Shown piece by piece: positions 39,777 through 49,819 of a stretch of 64,000 nt of DNA. The stretch is from a bacterium. Its GTDB lineage: Bacteria > UBA8248. Location: contig CBDBEV010000001.1 of the NCBI GenBank assembly GCA_965204535.1, positions 448,001 through 512,000 of the forward strand, in the 5' to 3' direction. Each line of letters begins with the position of its first letter. Within the stretch, counting starts at the first letter, position 1. The position numbers were made by a program, and so were the translations under genes. Under the pieces are notes generated by a model. That model was not told the DNA's origin. It worked only from the letters and a program-made list of their open reading frames with translations, and did no database searches.

Positions 39777-40101
39777 ACTCCCCCCTTGAGGGGGCTGTTG
39801 AAAAAGCCCCTGAGGGACCTGCAAACAGAGGGTTCGTAGGGACAGGCCCCTGTGCCTGTCCGAGGTCCCTGCGGAGCGTAGCCACGGGGATGAACATATA
39901 CGATGCGGGCGGCCCCATGGGGGTCAGGGCGGCCACAGGGGGCCGCCCCTACGGGAACATTGCGGATCGAGGTGAAAGGACGACCAGACCCTCCCCGGCT
40001 GTATTCGTCCGTAGGGACAGGTCGCGACCTGTCCCTACACCCCCCTCACGTCGAACACTCACTCATCGGGCTTTTTCAACAGACCCTCAAGGGGGGAGTG
40101 A
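39777..40101. repeat. composite palindromic MITE with internal GTAG REPs
   Basis: Long terminal inverted repeat ACTCCCCCCTTGAGGGGGCTGTTGAAAAAGCCC..GGGCTTTTTCAACAGACCCTCAAGGGGGGAGT. Confidence 0.85.
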
Positions 40102-40155
40102 ATCTTCTCTGCTGAATTGGGTGGAGCACGGCGCGCTGCAAACGACGCCCGTCCT

Positions 40156-41160
40156 TCAGCCTTCTCCCGGCCCCTGGCCGAGGAAACGGCTGGGCGCCTT
40201 GGAGAGCGCGTCGATCGCTTCGCGGGCGATCCGCTCGACCAGTTCGCCAGCATTCGGGCGGTCGGCGATCAGGTCCAGCCCCTCGCCGGCGAAGGTGACC
40301 GCCGTATCCGTATCCCCCTCGCGCAGGGCCGCGAAGAAGCGCTCGCGCATCGAGGGGTTCCGCTCTCGCAGTTCGTCGTCGCGGCCATGCCAGGTTTCGG
40401 CGAATGCGTTGCGGATGGCGCGCCCGGTGTAGGGTTCCGGCCAGGCGATGCCCCGGGCCGTGTCGAAGACCTTGGTGCGCAGCGTGTGGTCGCCGCCGGT
40501 TCGCTCGATCAGCGCTTTCTGGTTCGGGTGGCCCAGCGCCTCCTCGGCGGCGAAGAAGCGGGTGCCGATCAGCGCGGCCTCAGCACCCAGCATCAGGGCG
40601 GCGGCCAGGCCGCGCCCGTCACCGATGCCGCCCGCGGCGGCGACCGGAACCGGCGCCACCGCGTCCACGACCGCCGGAACGAGCGGCAGCGTGGAGCGCT
40701 TCGCCCCGTGGCCCCCGGCCTCCGTTCCCTGGGCGACGATGATTTGGGCGCCCTTCGCCGCCGCCTCCCGGGCGTCTTTCAAGGTCTGGACCTGGCAGAT
40801 CAGCGCCGCGCCGGCTTCGCGTATCTTCCCGGCGTAGGGTCCGATATCGCCGAAGGAGAGCATGACGGCCCTGGGCTGGCAATCGAGTGCCGCGTCGAGC
40901 GCGCCGGGCCGCTCGGCCAGCGCCCAGGTGATGAAGCCGATTCCGACCGGGTGCTCGCCCGCCTCCTCGAACTCCCCGCGAATCCACTCGTCCGATCCGT
41001 AGCCGAACGAAGGGTCGGCGTAGCCCGCGCCGATGAGGCCCAGCCCGCCGGCGGCGGAGACCTCGCGGGCCAGCGCGCCGCCCGCGACGCCGCCCATCGG
41101 GGCGAGCAAAATGGGATGTTCGATGTCCAGCAGCCGGGTGATCGCGGTGGAGAGTTTCAT
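40156..41160 (-). CDS. nitronate monooxygenase family flavoprotein
   Basis: PILLAPMGG, AGGLG, AQGTEAGGH, AAGGIGDGRG, GTRF. Confidence 0.93.
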   Translation of the reverse strand: MKLSTAITRLLDIEHPILLAPMGGVAGGALAREVSAAGGLGLIGAGYADPSFGYGSDEWIRGEFEEAGEHPVGIGFITWALAERPGALDAALDCQPRAVMLSFGDIGPYAGKIREAGAALICQVQTLKDAREAAAKGAQIIVAQGTEAGGHGAKRSTLPLVPAVVDAVAPVPVAAAGGIGDGRGLAAALMLGAEAALIGTRFFAAEEALGHPNQKALIERTGGDHTLRTKVFDTARGIAWPEPYTGRAIRNAFAETWHGRDDELRERNPSMRERFFAALREGDTDTAVTFAGEGLDLIADRPNAGELVERIAREAIDALSKAPSRFLGQGPGEG

Positions 41161-41255
41161 GGGCGATAACATAGCGGCCCCGCCGGGGGTTGTAAACGAG
41201 GCGCCTGACCTTGAGAGATGTTCCGTTCGAGACGTTCACAGGGGGCCTTATTTTC

Positions 41256-41636
41256 ACTCTCCCTTGAGGGGGTTGTTGAAAAAGCCTTTGTCAAAGGAGC
41301 AACCCCCTTGACGGGGGACAAAACCAACCCCCCCTACCCCCCCTTGTCAGGGGTCAAAACCGACCGAAGAGGGAGGTTTTGCAAGACGATGTGTTTCTCG
41401 TCAGTGGCTCATGCAAACGCTCGTTCATCACTCGCGTTTGACCCCTGACAAGGGGGGGTAGGGGGGGTTGGTTTTCCCGTAGGGGCGGCCCCCCGTGGCC
41501 GCCCGTATCGAAGATATCCATTCCCGTGGTTGTCCTTCGTCAGGACAGGCACGGGGGTCTCGGACAGGCACGGGGGCCTGTCCCTACGGATGCGATTCGG
41601 TTTTGTTCGTCATTCCGTCTTTCGCCGGAATGACGG
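41256..41636. repeat. composite REP/MITE cluster
   Basis: Same repeat families as 10127-11082; AACCAACCCCCCCTACCCCCCTTGTCAGGGG inverted pair. Confidence 0.85.
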
Positions 41637-42139
41637 GTGTTGTGATCTCTCCGGAAGGGTGTCGTAGGGGAGGCTTTCAGGCCGGGGGCGCATTTCCCCG
41701 CATTTGGCGTTACCGGGCTTGCGCCCGCGCGGGGCAGAATCGGGCGCGCGAACGGGAGGAGTTCCGATGGACCTGGAAAAAGCGGAAAAAGCGAAGCGAA
41801 CGGACTCGGCGGCCCGGGTTCGGCCGGCGAACGGACCCGGCGTTTTCCGCGCGACGGGAATTCCTGAAAAATACGATAAATTAACGGGGTTTTTCGATAA
41901 ATTGCTGAAAAATAACGTCCAGATAAATGACTGTAATCAAAAGGGTTATCATTTAAATCTTAGCGCCGCGCACTCAGATCCAGCGCAAAAAAAAGTTTTT
42001 CGGGCGCCCGCGCATTTGCCCGCAACCGCCCGCATCTGCGCGCCACCGCCACGCCGAGTGAGGGGCGAAGCCCGCAACCGCGCTGCTTTAAGTGGAGTCA
42101 AGGAGGAAAAAGAGAAGGGGAGGCGAAGCCCCCGCCCGC

Positions 42140-42577
42140 TCAACTGTCTTCTTGCGCGGGCGTTCCTGACGTGCGGCGGATGAGTTCCATCATCGCCGTT
42201 TGTTGATTGTCCAGGGCCTTGTTCTGGCCTTCCAGCACCTTCATGGTTTCTTGATGCGCCGCCATGGTTTCCTGGTGTTGTTCTTTTTGCGCCTCTCGCT
42301 GGGCGTTAATCGCCGCCATGGTCTCCCGATGCTGCGCCATGTTTTCCCGGTGCTGGGCGTCGCGTTGCTTCGAGGCCTGTCGCATGATGTAGAGCCCGAC
42401 TCCGATGAGGCTGCATTGCGCGGCCCCGACGAGGGCGGCGACCCATACGGAAGCTCGTTGCACGGCGAGCGATGCTTGTTGAAGGGCTAGAGTGGCCTGC
42501 TGCAGTGCGAGCGTGTCTTTTTGCAGCGCAAGGGCGGCTTGCTGCACGGTGAGGCTTGCGGCTTCGTATTCCGTCAT
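42140..42577 (-). CDS. coiled-coil hypothetical protein with one hydrophobic segment
   Basis: AGGAG RBS; LALQ heptads, hydrophobic WVAALVGAAQCSLIGVGLYIM, H.E.M repeats. Confidence 0.7.
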   Translation of the reverse strand: MTEYEAASLTVQQAALALQKDTLALQQATLALQQASLAVQRASVWVAALVGAAQCSLIGVGLYIMRQASKQRDAQHRENMAQHRETMAAINAQREAQKEQHQETMAAHQETMKVLEGQNKALDNQQTAMMELIRRTSGTPAQEDS

Positions 42578-42793
42578 TTCGGTTCTCTCCTGTCTGTCCT
42601 CGTGGAGCAGCCAGTCCGGCCAGTCTCGCCCAAAGAGGGGGATAAGTCAAAGCGAAGGCGCGTTCGGCTCCTCGTCGCCTCGTTCCTCTAAATCCACCGC
42701 GAGGCGCCGGAGTAACCGTGCGCAAGCTTTTGCGGGCCGGACCATGATAGAGTCGACACGGATTCAAACGGCAACGAGACCCCGGGAGGAAAA

Positions 42794-44029
42794 ATGAGCA
42801 AGACGTCCACCGTACCCGCCCTTCGTCCCGGCGAATTCGTTCCCCTCGTCGCCCTTCTGATGGCGCTCGTCGCACTCTCTATCGACGCGATACTGCCGGC
42901 GCTGCCCGTGATAGGCCGCGACCTCGGGGCGCCGCGCCGAAACGACGTTCAGTTCGTCGTCACGGCCGTGCTCCTGGGGCTCGGCCTCGGGCAGATCGTT
43001 TTCGGCCCCCTCTCCGACAGGATCGGGCGCAAGCCCTCCATCAATACCGGCCTCGTTCTGTTCATGTCGGGATGCGTCATGAGCACCATCGCATCCACCT
43101 TCGAGGTGATGATTGCGGGCCGCGTGCTGCAGGGCGTCGGAATCGCGGGACCGCGCATCGTGACCGTCGCCCTGGTGCGCGACCAGTACGAAGGACGCCA
43201 GATGGCTCGTCTCATGTCCTTTGCGATGGCCGTGTTCATTCTCGTTCCCACCGTCGCGCCTGCCCTCGGGCTGGGGATACTGTGGCTGGGCGGCTGGCGC
43301 GCGATATTCGCCGCCTTCTTCATCATCGCCATGATCACGCTCGCGTGGTTTTCACTTCGCCAGCCGGAAACCCTGCCCCCGGCCCGTCGGCGGCCCCTCT
43401 CCCCGCGCGCCATCGGCGGAGCCGTCCTGGAGGTGCTGCGGATCCGGGCCGCGCTCGGATATACCGTGGCCACCGGATGCGTGTTCGCGCCGTTCGTGGC
43501 CTACTTGAGCTCCGCCCAGCAAATCTTTCAGGAGGCCTACAGGACCGGCGCGCTCTTCCCGGCCTATTTCGGCGTGCTGGCGCTCGCTTTCGGAGGCGCC
43601 TCGCTCGTGAACGGGTGGCTCGTCATGAAATACGGGATGCGCCGGCTCTCGCGGAGGGCGACGGCCTCCATGACGCTGGTCTCGGTCGTCGCCCTGGCGC
43701 CGGTCTTCGCCTTCGAGGGACTTCCTCCGCTCTGGCTGTTCATGACCTACCTGCTCCTCGTATTTCTCTGCATCGGGCTCCTCTTCGGAAATCTCAATGC
43801 GCTCGCCATGGAACCCATCGGTCACATCGCCGGCGTGGGAGCGGGCGTGGTTGCTACGCTCTCCACCTTGATCTCGGTGCCGTTCGGCGCGCTCGTGGGC
43901 CACAGTTTCGATGGCACCATGTACGCGCTGATCACCGCTTTCGGGGTCTTCGGGGCAGGGACCTACGCCGCCATGAGATGGGCCGAGGGAGGCGCAGGGC
44001 GCAGCCGGGATGCCGCCGCTCGATCGTGA
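42794..44029 (+). CDS. Bcr/CflA-family MFS efflux transporter
   Basis: SIDAILPALP, GPLSDRIGRK, GRVLQG, PETL; ~12 TM segments. Confidence 0.92.
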   Translation: MSKTSTVPALRPGEFVPLVALLMALVALSIDAILPALPVIGRDLGAPRRNDVQFVVTAVLLGLGLGQIVFGPLSDRIGRKPSINTGLVLFMSGCVMSTIASTFEVMIAGRVLQGVGIAGPRIVTVALVRDQYEGRQMARLMSFAMAVFILVPTVAPALGLGILWLGGWRAIFAAFFIIAMITLAWFSLRQPETLPPARRRPLSPRAIGGAVLEVLRIRAALGYTVATGCVFAPFVAYLSSAQQIFQEAYRTGALFPAYFGVLALAFGGASLVNGWLVMKYGMRRLSRRATASMTLVSVVALAPVFAFEGLPPLWLFMTYLLLVFLCIGLLFGNLNALAMEPIGHIAGVGAGVVATLSTLISVPFGALVGHSFDGTMYALITAFGVFGAGTYAAMRWAEGGAGRSRDAAARS

Positions 44030-44127
44030 TCGTCCGTCGTCCGCCGGATGTCTAAAGACATCCCGGGAGCCGCATGAAACGGCTGTCAAACACGAGGAGG
44101 TTATACGGAGCCTGCCAGTATTCAAAG

Positions 44128-44219
44128 TGGCGGAGAGGGAGGGATTCGAACCCCCGGTGCAGTTGCCTGCACAACAGATTTCGAGTCTGCCGCCTTAAAC
44201 CGGACTCGGCCACCTCTCC
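44128..44219 (-). tRNA. tRNA-Ser (anticodon CGA)
   Basis: GGAGAGGTGGCCGAGTCCGGTTTAAGGCGGCAGACTCGAAATCTGT, a long variable arm, and GGTTCGAATCCCTCCCTCTCCGCCA. Confidence 0.97.
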
Positions 44220-44234
44220 GTAAGAATCGTCACG

Positions 44235-44735
44235 TCAGCGCGCGGCCTGCCTCGCCTCGCGGGCGATGCGTCGGCGCTCCTCGAAAAAGGCGCGCAGCAT
44301 CGCGGCGCTCTCCTCGGCCAATACGCCCGAGGTTATCGGCACGCGGTGGTTCATGCGCGGGTCCGAGGGAATGTCGAACAAAGAGCCGCAGGCCCCGCCC
44401 TTGGGGTCCGTGGCCCCGAAGACGAGCCGCGCGATCCGCGAGTTGACGACCGCCCCCGCACACATGGGGCACGGCTCGAGCGTGACATATAAGGTTGCGC
44501 CGTCGAGCCGCCAGATGCCGTCTGTCTCGGCGGCTTCTCTCAGCGCCAGGACTTCCGCGTGCGCGGTGGGGTCGCAAGCGGCCTCGCGCCTGTTGAAGCC
44601 CCGGCCCAGCACCCGGCCCTCGCGCACCACCAGCGCGCCCACGGGCACGTCGCCCGCCTCTTCGGCCATCCCGGCCAGCGCCAGCGCCTCCGCCATCCAG
44701 CGCTCGTCTTCTCTCATCTGATCGGTCGAATACAC
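44235..44735 (-). CDS. tadA: tRNA adenosine(34) deaminase
   Basis: DPTAHAE, YVTLEPCPMCAGA, DPKGG, FF..RR. Confidence 0.93.
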   Translation of the reverse strand: MYSTDQMREDERWMAEALALAGMAEEAGDVPVGALVVREGRVLGRGFNRREAACDPTAHAEVLALREAAETDGIWRLDGATLYVTLEPCPMCAGAVVNSRIARLVFGATDPKGGACGSLFDIPSDPRMNHRVPITSGVLAEESAAMLRAFFEERRRIAREARQAAR

Positions 44736-44908
44736 TTGTCTCTCTCCATCCGGTTGTTCCCGCGGCCCCTAAAAGACCACGAATCGAAACCGCTGGCAAG
44801 CGGGGGAGGCGTTTCCCGCGCATGAGGCATCGCTCTTGCCGGATGCGGAAAAACCTGAGAGGCTTGGGGCCTTACCCATCACTCACACTATTTTTGAAGG
44901 ATGCCCCT

Positions 44909-45664
44909 ATGCTTTGGGAAGAACTCAGCTGGCCGCAGCACAAGGAAATGGCCCAGAACGGGGCCGTGGTCGTCATCCCCTTCGCCTCGATGGAACAGCA
45001 CGGGCCGCACAGCCCCGTGGTGGTGGATACGCTGCTTTGCGAGAGCGTCTGCCGCAAGGCGGTGGATGGACTCGAGAACGTGCTGCTGACCCGCACGATG
45101 TGGACGGGTACGTCGCACCACCATTTCGAGTACCCGGGAACTATTTCCTTGAGGCTCGAAACCTACGTGGCCCTCGTCAAGGACATCATCCGCTCCGTCG
45201 CTCATCACGGCTACAAAAAGATATTCGTCGTGAACGGACACGGCGGCAACGTGCAGCCGCTCCAGGCCACGCTGAACGACATCGGCTACGACATCGAACT
45301 CACCATCTGGATGATCACCTACTTCCATCTGGGGAACGAAATTTCCGCGCAGATCCGGAAAACGCCCGTCGGCGGCATGGCCCACAGCGGGGAGTTCGAA
45401 ACCGCCATGATGCTCCACCTGCGCCCCGACCTGGTGAACATGGACGAGGCGGTGGATCAGGTCAACGAGAATCCCCATCCCCTGGGGACGAAGGACATGC
45501 ACCACCGCGGAATGCTCTTCCGCCCCGTGGACTTCAACAGGCACCGCGCGCCCTCGGGCGTAGCGGGCATGCCCACGGCGGCCACAGCGGAAAACGGGGC
45601 GCAATACTTCGAGGCCGTATCCGCCCGCCTGCGCGGGCTGATTGAAGAACTGGCTGCGCTCTAG
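44909..45664 (+). CDS. creatininase family amidohydrolase
   Basis: EQHGPH..D, S.HH..PGT, NGHGGN, HSGEFET. Confidence 0.92.
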   Translation: MLWEELSWPQHKEMAQNGAVVVIPFASMEQHGPHSPVVVDTLLCESVCRKAVDGLENVLLTRTMWTGTSHHHFEYPGTISLRLETYVALVKDIIRSVAHHGYKKIFVVNGHGGNVQPLQATLNDIGYDIELTIWMITYFHLGNEISAQIRKTPVGGMAHSGEFETAMMLHLRPDLVNMDEAVDQVNENPHPLGTKDMHHRGMLFRPVDFNRHRAPSGVAGMPTAATAENGAQYFEAVSARLRGLIEELAAL

Positions 45665-45666
45665 GC

Positions 45667-46548
45667 ATGGTCCGGGTCGCAGGCGAGTCCTCCCGAACGG
45701 CCAGATACCTGAACCTGAGCCGCGCGGGGGCGAACGACCCCGTCATCATCTGCTATGAGGCTGCCGGCGACGGCACGCCGATCCTCTGCGTGCCGGGGCT
45801 GGGCGATACGGTATGGGTGTGGCGGGAGATCGCCCCCACGCTCACGAGCATGCACCGCGTGGTCGCGGTGGAGCCGAGGGGGCACGGGCGTTCCTCAAGC
45901 CCACCGGGGAAATACACGCTCGAAGATATGGCGGGCGATATCGGGGCCGTCGCCGCCCGCCTGGGCCTGAACCGGCCCGTCATCATCGGGCATGGCCTGG
46001 GGGCGAGGGCGGCGCTCTTGCTCGCCATCGAGCAGCCCCGGCTGCCGGGCGCGCTCATTCTCATCGCGACGGGCGCTGCGCCCGCCGCCAAGAGCGTGCG
46101 CAGAGGCGTCGCCGAGAGAATCCATCTGGCCGAGGCGGGCGACATGCAGGAGGCCTACCGGAACAGGAAAAGCGAGGGCAAAGAACCTCGGGGGATGACC
46201 CCCCGGGAGCGCGCGGAGCATCACCGCCTGTTTCTGCGGGGCGACCCTTCGGGATACGCCTCGGCGGGATACGCCGAGCTTCTCGCGCCCGACCTCACGG
46301 AGCGCCTCGGCGAAGTCGCTTGTCCCGTGCTCGCCCTCACCGGCGAGGAAGACCCCGAATACCACGAGGACGCTCAGGTCCTCTCGGCGGGGATTCCCCG
46401 CTGCGAGTCCATTCTCATCGAGGGGGCGGGCCGCTACGCGCAACTCGACAGGCCCGAGGCCGTGCTCGCCCTCATCCATGATTTTTTCAGGAAACACCAT
46501 CTTTCAGTCGCCAAATCGACGGAGGAAACCCATGAGCCGATTAGTTGA
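45667..46548 (+). CDS. alpha/beta-hydrolase fold protein, probably non-catalytic
   Basis: RGHGRS and P.L...GE.D are present, but the nucleophile elbow is GHGLG (no Ser) and the His site reads GAGRY. Confidence 0.85.
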   Translation: MVRVAGESSRTARYLNLSRAGANDPVIICYEAAGDGTPILCVPGLGDTVWVWREIAPTLTSMHRVVAVEPRGHGRSSSPPGKYTLEDMAGDIGAVAARLGLNRPVIIGHGLGARAALLLAIEQPRLPGALILIATGAAPAAKSVRRGVAERIHLAEAGDMQEAYRNRKSEGKEPRGMTPRERAEHHRLFLRGDPSGYASAGYAELLAPDLTERLGEVACPVLALTGEEDPEYHEDAQVLSAGIPRCESILIEGAGRYAQLDRPEAVLALIHDFFRKHHLSVAKSTEETHEPIS

Positions 46549-47212
46549 CCTCACAGCCCCCCTGGGACATCCCGACCTTTGCGAGGTGCCGACGTTTCCG
46601 CCTGTGGAATACTGGCGGTTTCACGAACATCCCACGCACGGCCGCCAGAACAGCGCGGTCCGGATGGCGATCCACCAGGGAACGCACCTGGACGCGCCCA
46701 GCCATTTCTTTCCCGACGGCGCCAACATCGACGAGATGCCGCTCGAGACCTTCTGCGGCCGCGCCGTGAAGATCGACTTGAGGGAAACCGTGCAGGAGGC
46801 AGGCCCCATCACCCGGGCTATGATCGAAGCAAGCCCCGGCTTCGAACCCGGACGCCTTGACGGGGCCATCGCCGTCACGTGGACGGGCTGGGCGAAGGAG
46901 AAGCTCTTCACGCCCGGTTACTTCGCCACCAACCCTTACCTGGACACGGAGGCGTGCCACTTCCTGTGCGATTGCGGCATGAAGGCCCTTTGCATGGACC
47001 ACGGGATCGACCCGGGCATGCAGGACGACTTCGTCGCCCACCACGAGGACTCCCCCGGCCACCGCGCCGTGCTGGGCCGGGGCGTTCCGCTCATCGAGCA
47101 CGTCATCAACCTGGAAACTTTCGAGGAGAGCGAATTCGAGATGTTCGCCTTTCCGGTGAAACTCTACAGAATCGAGGGCGCGCCCGCGCGCGTGGTCGCG
47201 CGTCTCGATTGA
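46532..47212 (+). CDS. cyclase / kynurenine formamidase family protein
   Basis: HQGTHLDAPSHF, H..L....IE, GAPARV. Confidence 0.92.
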   Translation: MSRLVDLTAPLGHPDLCEVPTFPPVEYWRFHEHPTHGRQNSAVRMAIHQGTHLDAPSHFFPDGANIDEMPLETFCGRAVKIDLRETVQEAGPITRAMIEASPGFEPGRLDGAIAVTWTGWAKEKLFTPGYFATNPYLDTEACHFLCDCGMKALCMDHGIDPGMQDDFVAHHEDSPGHRAVLGRGVPLIEHVINLETFEESEFEMFAFPVKLYRIEGAPARVVARLD

Positions 47213-47229
47213 AAGGGAGGAACTCAAGC

Positions 47230-47622
47230 TTGCCGTTTTACCGAATATCCGAGATGGAAACGAAGCACATCGACATGGGCAAGGCGCAGACGCAAAGCGT
47301 CGCCGGGGAACTCATGAAGGCGGGCATGATCACCTATCCCGAAGACGGCGGCCCGCCGCCTCATTACCACCCGAACGAGGAGCAGTTCCTCCTGGTGATG
47401 GAGGGAAAGGCGAACGTGATCCTGGGGGACGAGACACGCGTCGTCGAGCCCGGCGATCTGGTGCACATCCGCCGCAACGAGCGCCACGGCCTCCGCATCA
47501 CCGAAGGGCCGTTCGCCTTCTTCACCGTGAAGAGCCCCGCGGGCGACGGCGACCTCTACCAGGACTACAACAAGGCCGAAGACGCCGAAGCGGCGCGGGA
47601 AAAACTGGAATCCACATTATAG
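47230..47622 (+). CDS. cupin domain protein
   Basis: TTG start after GGAGG; HYHPNEEQ..GD..HI..N.RH. Confidence 0.88.
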   Translation: MPFYRISEMETKHIDMGKAQTQSVAGELMKAGMITYPEDGGPPPHYHPNEEQFLLVMEGKANVILGDETRVVEPGDLVHIRRNERHGLRITEGPFAFFTVKSPAGDGDLYQDYNKAEDAEAAREKLESTL

Positions 47623-47651
47623 GATCACTTTTCTGACCAAGGAGATTTTGA

Positions 47652-48038
47652 ATGCCGTTTTATAAAATGGAAGACCTTCCCCAGGGTTCATCTTCGGTAG
47701 GCCCCGCCGTGAGCCACGCGACGGCGGGCGAGTTGATGAAGGTGGGCTGGGTGATCTATCCGCAGGGAGACGGCCCGCCGCCGCACTTTCATCCCAACGA
47801 GGAGCAGTACATCCTGATGCTCGAGGGCAGGATGAACATGATCTGCGGCGAGGAGACGCGCGAGATCGGCCCAGGCGAGTTGGTGCACATCCCCAGAAAC
47901 ACGCGCCACGGCATCTATATCACCGAAGGCCCGGCGAAATTCTTCGCGGTGAAAAGCCCCGCGGGTGACGGCACGCTGGATCAGGACTACAACAAGGCGT
48001 CCGATGCCGACGAGGTGGCCGAACAGCTGAAGAACTAG
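47652..48038 (+). CDS. cupin domain protein (tandem paralog)
   Basis: HFHPNEEQ..GE..HIP.NTRH; shares KSPAGDG..QDYNKA with the previous gene. Confidence 0.9.
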   Translation: MPFYKMEDLPQGSSSVGPAVSHATAGELMKVGWVIYPQGDGPPPHFHPNEEQYILMLEGRMNMICGEETREIGPGELVHIPRNTRHGIYITEGPAKFFAVKSPAGDGTLDQDYNKASDADEVAEQLKN

Positions 48039-48054
48039 AGAGCAGAACGAGAAG

Positions 48055-48352
48055 GGGTTGTTGTAAAAGTCCTTGTGGGTCGGGCCAAATCACTCCCCCC
48101 TTGAGGGGGAGTCGAAGAGCTAAGGGCGTAAGCCCGCAAGCGATTCGGTGGGGGGTATAATTCGGAATGGCGATAAAACGCGACTTACCCTCCACCGATT
48201 CAGCCTTCGCACAAACCGCTCGGCTTCATCGTCTGGCTTTCCCCTCGGGAAGCCAGACCCTCAAGGGGGGAGTGAATCTTGCTCTTCCATTGGTCGCGCC
48301 AAATCCTAGTTAATCGGGGTTTTCTCTTGGCAAAGGTTTTTTCAACAACCCC
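48055..48352. repeat. composite palindromic MITE
   Basis: GGGGTTGTTGTAAAA..TTTTTCAACAACCCC enclosing TCACTCCCCCCTTGAGGG..CCCTCAAGGGGGGAGTGA. Confidence 0.82.
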
Positions 48353-48353
48353 G

Positions 48354-48388
48354 AAAAAAGCCGGTGGGACGCCCCACCGGCTTTCTTT
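48354..48388. terminator. bidirectional intrinsic terminator
   Basis: A6-GCCGGTGGG-ACGC-CCCACCGGC-TTTCTTT between convergent genes. Confidence 0.75.
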
Positions 48389-48394
48389 GTGTTT

Positions 48395-48928
48395 TTATTG
48401 CTGCGACTGCTGGGCCGCCTGGGCCATCCGCTTTTTTCGGAACTGCACGGCCTGGATGACGTCCTGCCAGACGAGACGCCCGAGGGGGCCCGAACTGTAG
48501 AGCGAGATGTTCACCTTGCCGTCGGGTGAGAGCAGAAAGTTGGTGGCGTGGAGAAACGTCCTCGGCTTATCGCCCGCCTCGGGTGCGTAAAAAGCGCCCG
48601 TCGCCTCTGATATCCGTGCCGGATCGAGGCTGTGGCCGACCGGAAAGTTCACCTTGCCGGCTTCGATGGACTGCAATGCTTCCTCTTCGGGGTCGGTGGA
48701 CGCCGCGACGACCTTGATGCCCTCTGCTTCGAGTCTTTCTCCCGCCCGGGAGAATCCCGCCATCTGGGCGATGCAGTAGGGTCACCAATGGCTGCGGTAG
48801 AAAATGACGACGCCCCACGAACCCAGCAAGTCGCCGGGCAGGGAGATTTTTCCGCCGCCCGCCCTGGCGATTTCGAGACTCGGAAAATCATCTCCGGTGT
48901 CGAGGAACAACTGGCTCACTTTCGGCAT
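48395..48928 (-). CDS. peroxiredoxin-like (AhpC/TSA) selenoprotein, UxxC motif
   Basis: One frame: MPKVSQ..FYRSHW-TGA(48782-48784)-PYCIAQM..YSSGPLGRL. Confidence 0.85.
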
Positions 48929-49033
48929 GACGAACTCCACTGTTGTTCAGAAAAATGAATTCGGCTGAATCGAGTGCGCTCGATGTTACATCTCCCACAA
49001 AACAAAGAAAACCGGCCCGACGGATTTTCGCGC

Positions 49034-49072
49034 AAAAAAACACCCCCTCGAAGCCTTAAGCCGAGGGGGTGT
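49034..49072 (-). terminator. intrinsic terminator
   Basis: A7 next to the ACACCCCCTCG..CGAGGGGGTGT hairpin, downstream of the 49089 stop. Confidence 0.7.
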
Positions 49073-49088
49073 CCGAAAAAGATGCGCG

Positions 49089-49589
49089 CTAGTTTTGGGA
49101 CGCCATCATCTTCTTCTGGAACTGAACCAGACCCACCACGTCCTGCCACACGAGCCGGCCGATGGGGCCCGTGCTGTAGACGGCGACAGTCACCGTTCCG
49201 TCGGGCTTTAAGACATAGCCCGTGCTGTGGATGATCTGGCGTTTTTCCTCATAGAAACAGCCGGTGAGTTCGGAAATATGCTTGTTGTCCAGGCCATAGC
49301 CCACGGGGAAATTGAGTCCGCATTCCTCAATCGTTCCCTTCGCGTTCTCCTCCGTGTCCACGGAGGCTGCAACAACCTTGACGCCTTCTTCGGCGAGTTT
49401 CGCCGATCTGTCGAAGGCCGTAAGCTGCTGCTTGCAGTACGGTCACCAGTGTCCCCGGTAGAGCAGAACCACTCCCCAGTCGCCCGCGAGGTCACCGGGC
49501 AGGGAGATTTTGCCACCTCCCACCTGGTCCACCTCAAGGCTCGGGAAGGGATCGCCCGAGTCGATCATCTTGTCCGTCATACGTGGCAT
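49089..49589 (-). CDS. peroxiredoxin-like (AhpC/TSA) selenoprotein, UxxC motif
   Basis: One frame: MPRMTDK..LYRGHW-TGA(49443-49445)-PYCKQQL..YSTGPIGRL. Confidence 0.87.
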
Positions 49590-49819
49590 CAATGCGCCCT
49601 CCAGAAATGAATGAAGAAAAAACCTGAGACGAAGCGTTCCGAAACCCGACCATTTATACCCCTGCGGGAGAGACAATTCAAACCGAATCGCACATCACAC
49701 GCTCCATCGCGCCGATGATCATTGCGTTTTTTATCCCCGGCGGTCTTGACAGGCCGAAGCCTCCTTTTTAGCATATGCCCACTTTTCAGAAGGCTCTCAA
49801 TGAGCACAGGAGACCCTCG

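Noticed and set aside
44050-44150. tRNA-Ser 3' end as the island attachment site
   Set aside because: I found no duplicated tRNA 3' end elsewhere in the window, and the same holds for tRNA-Gly.
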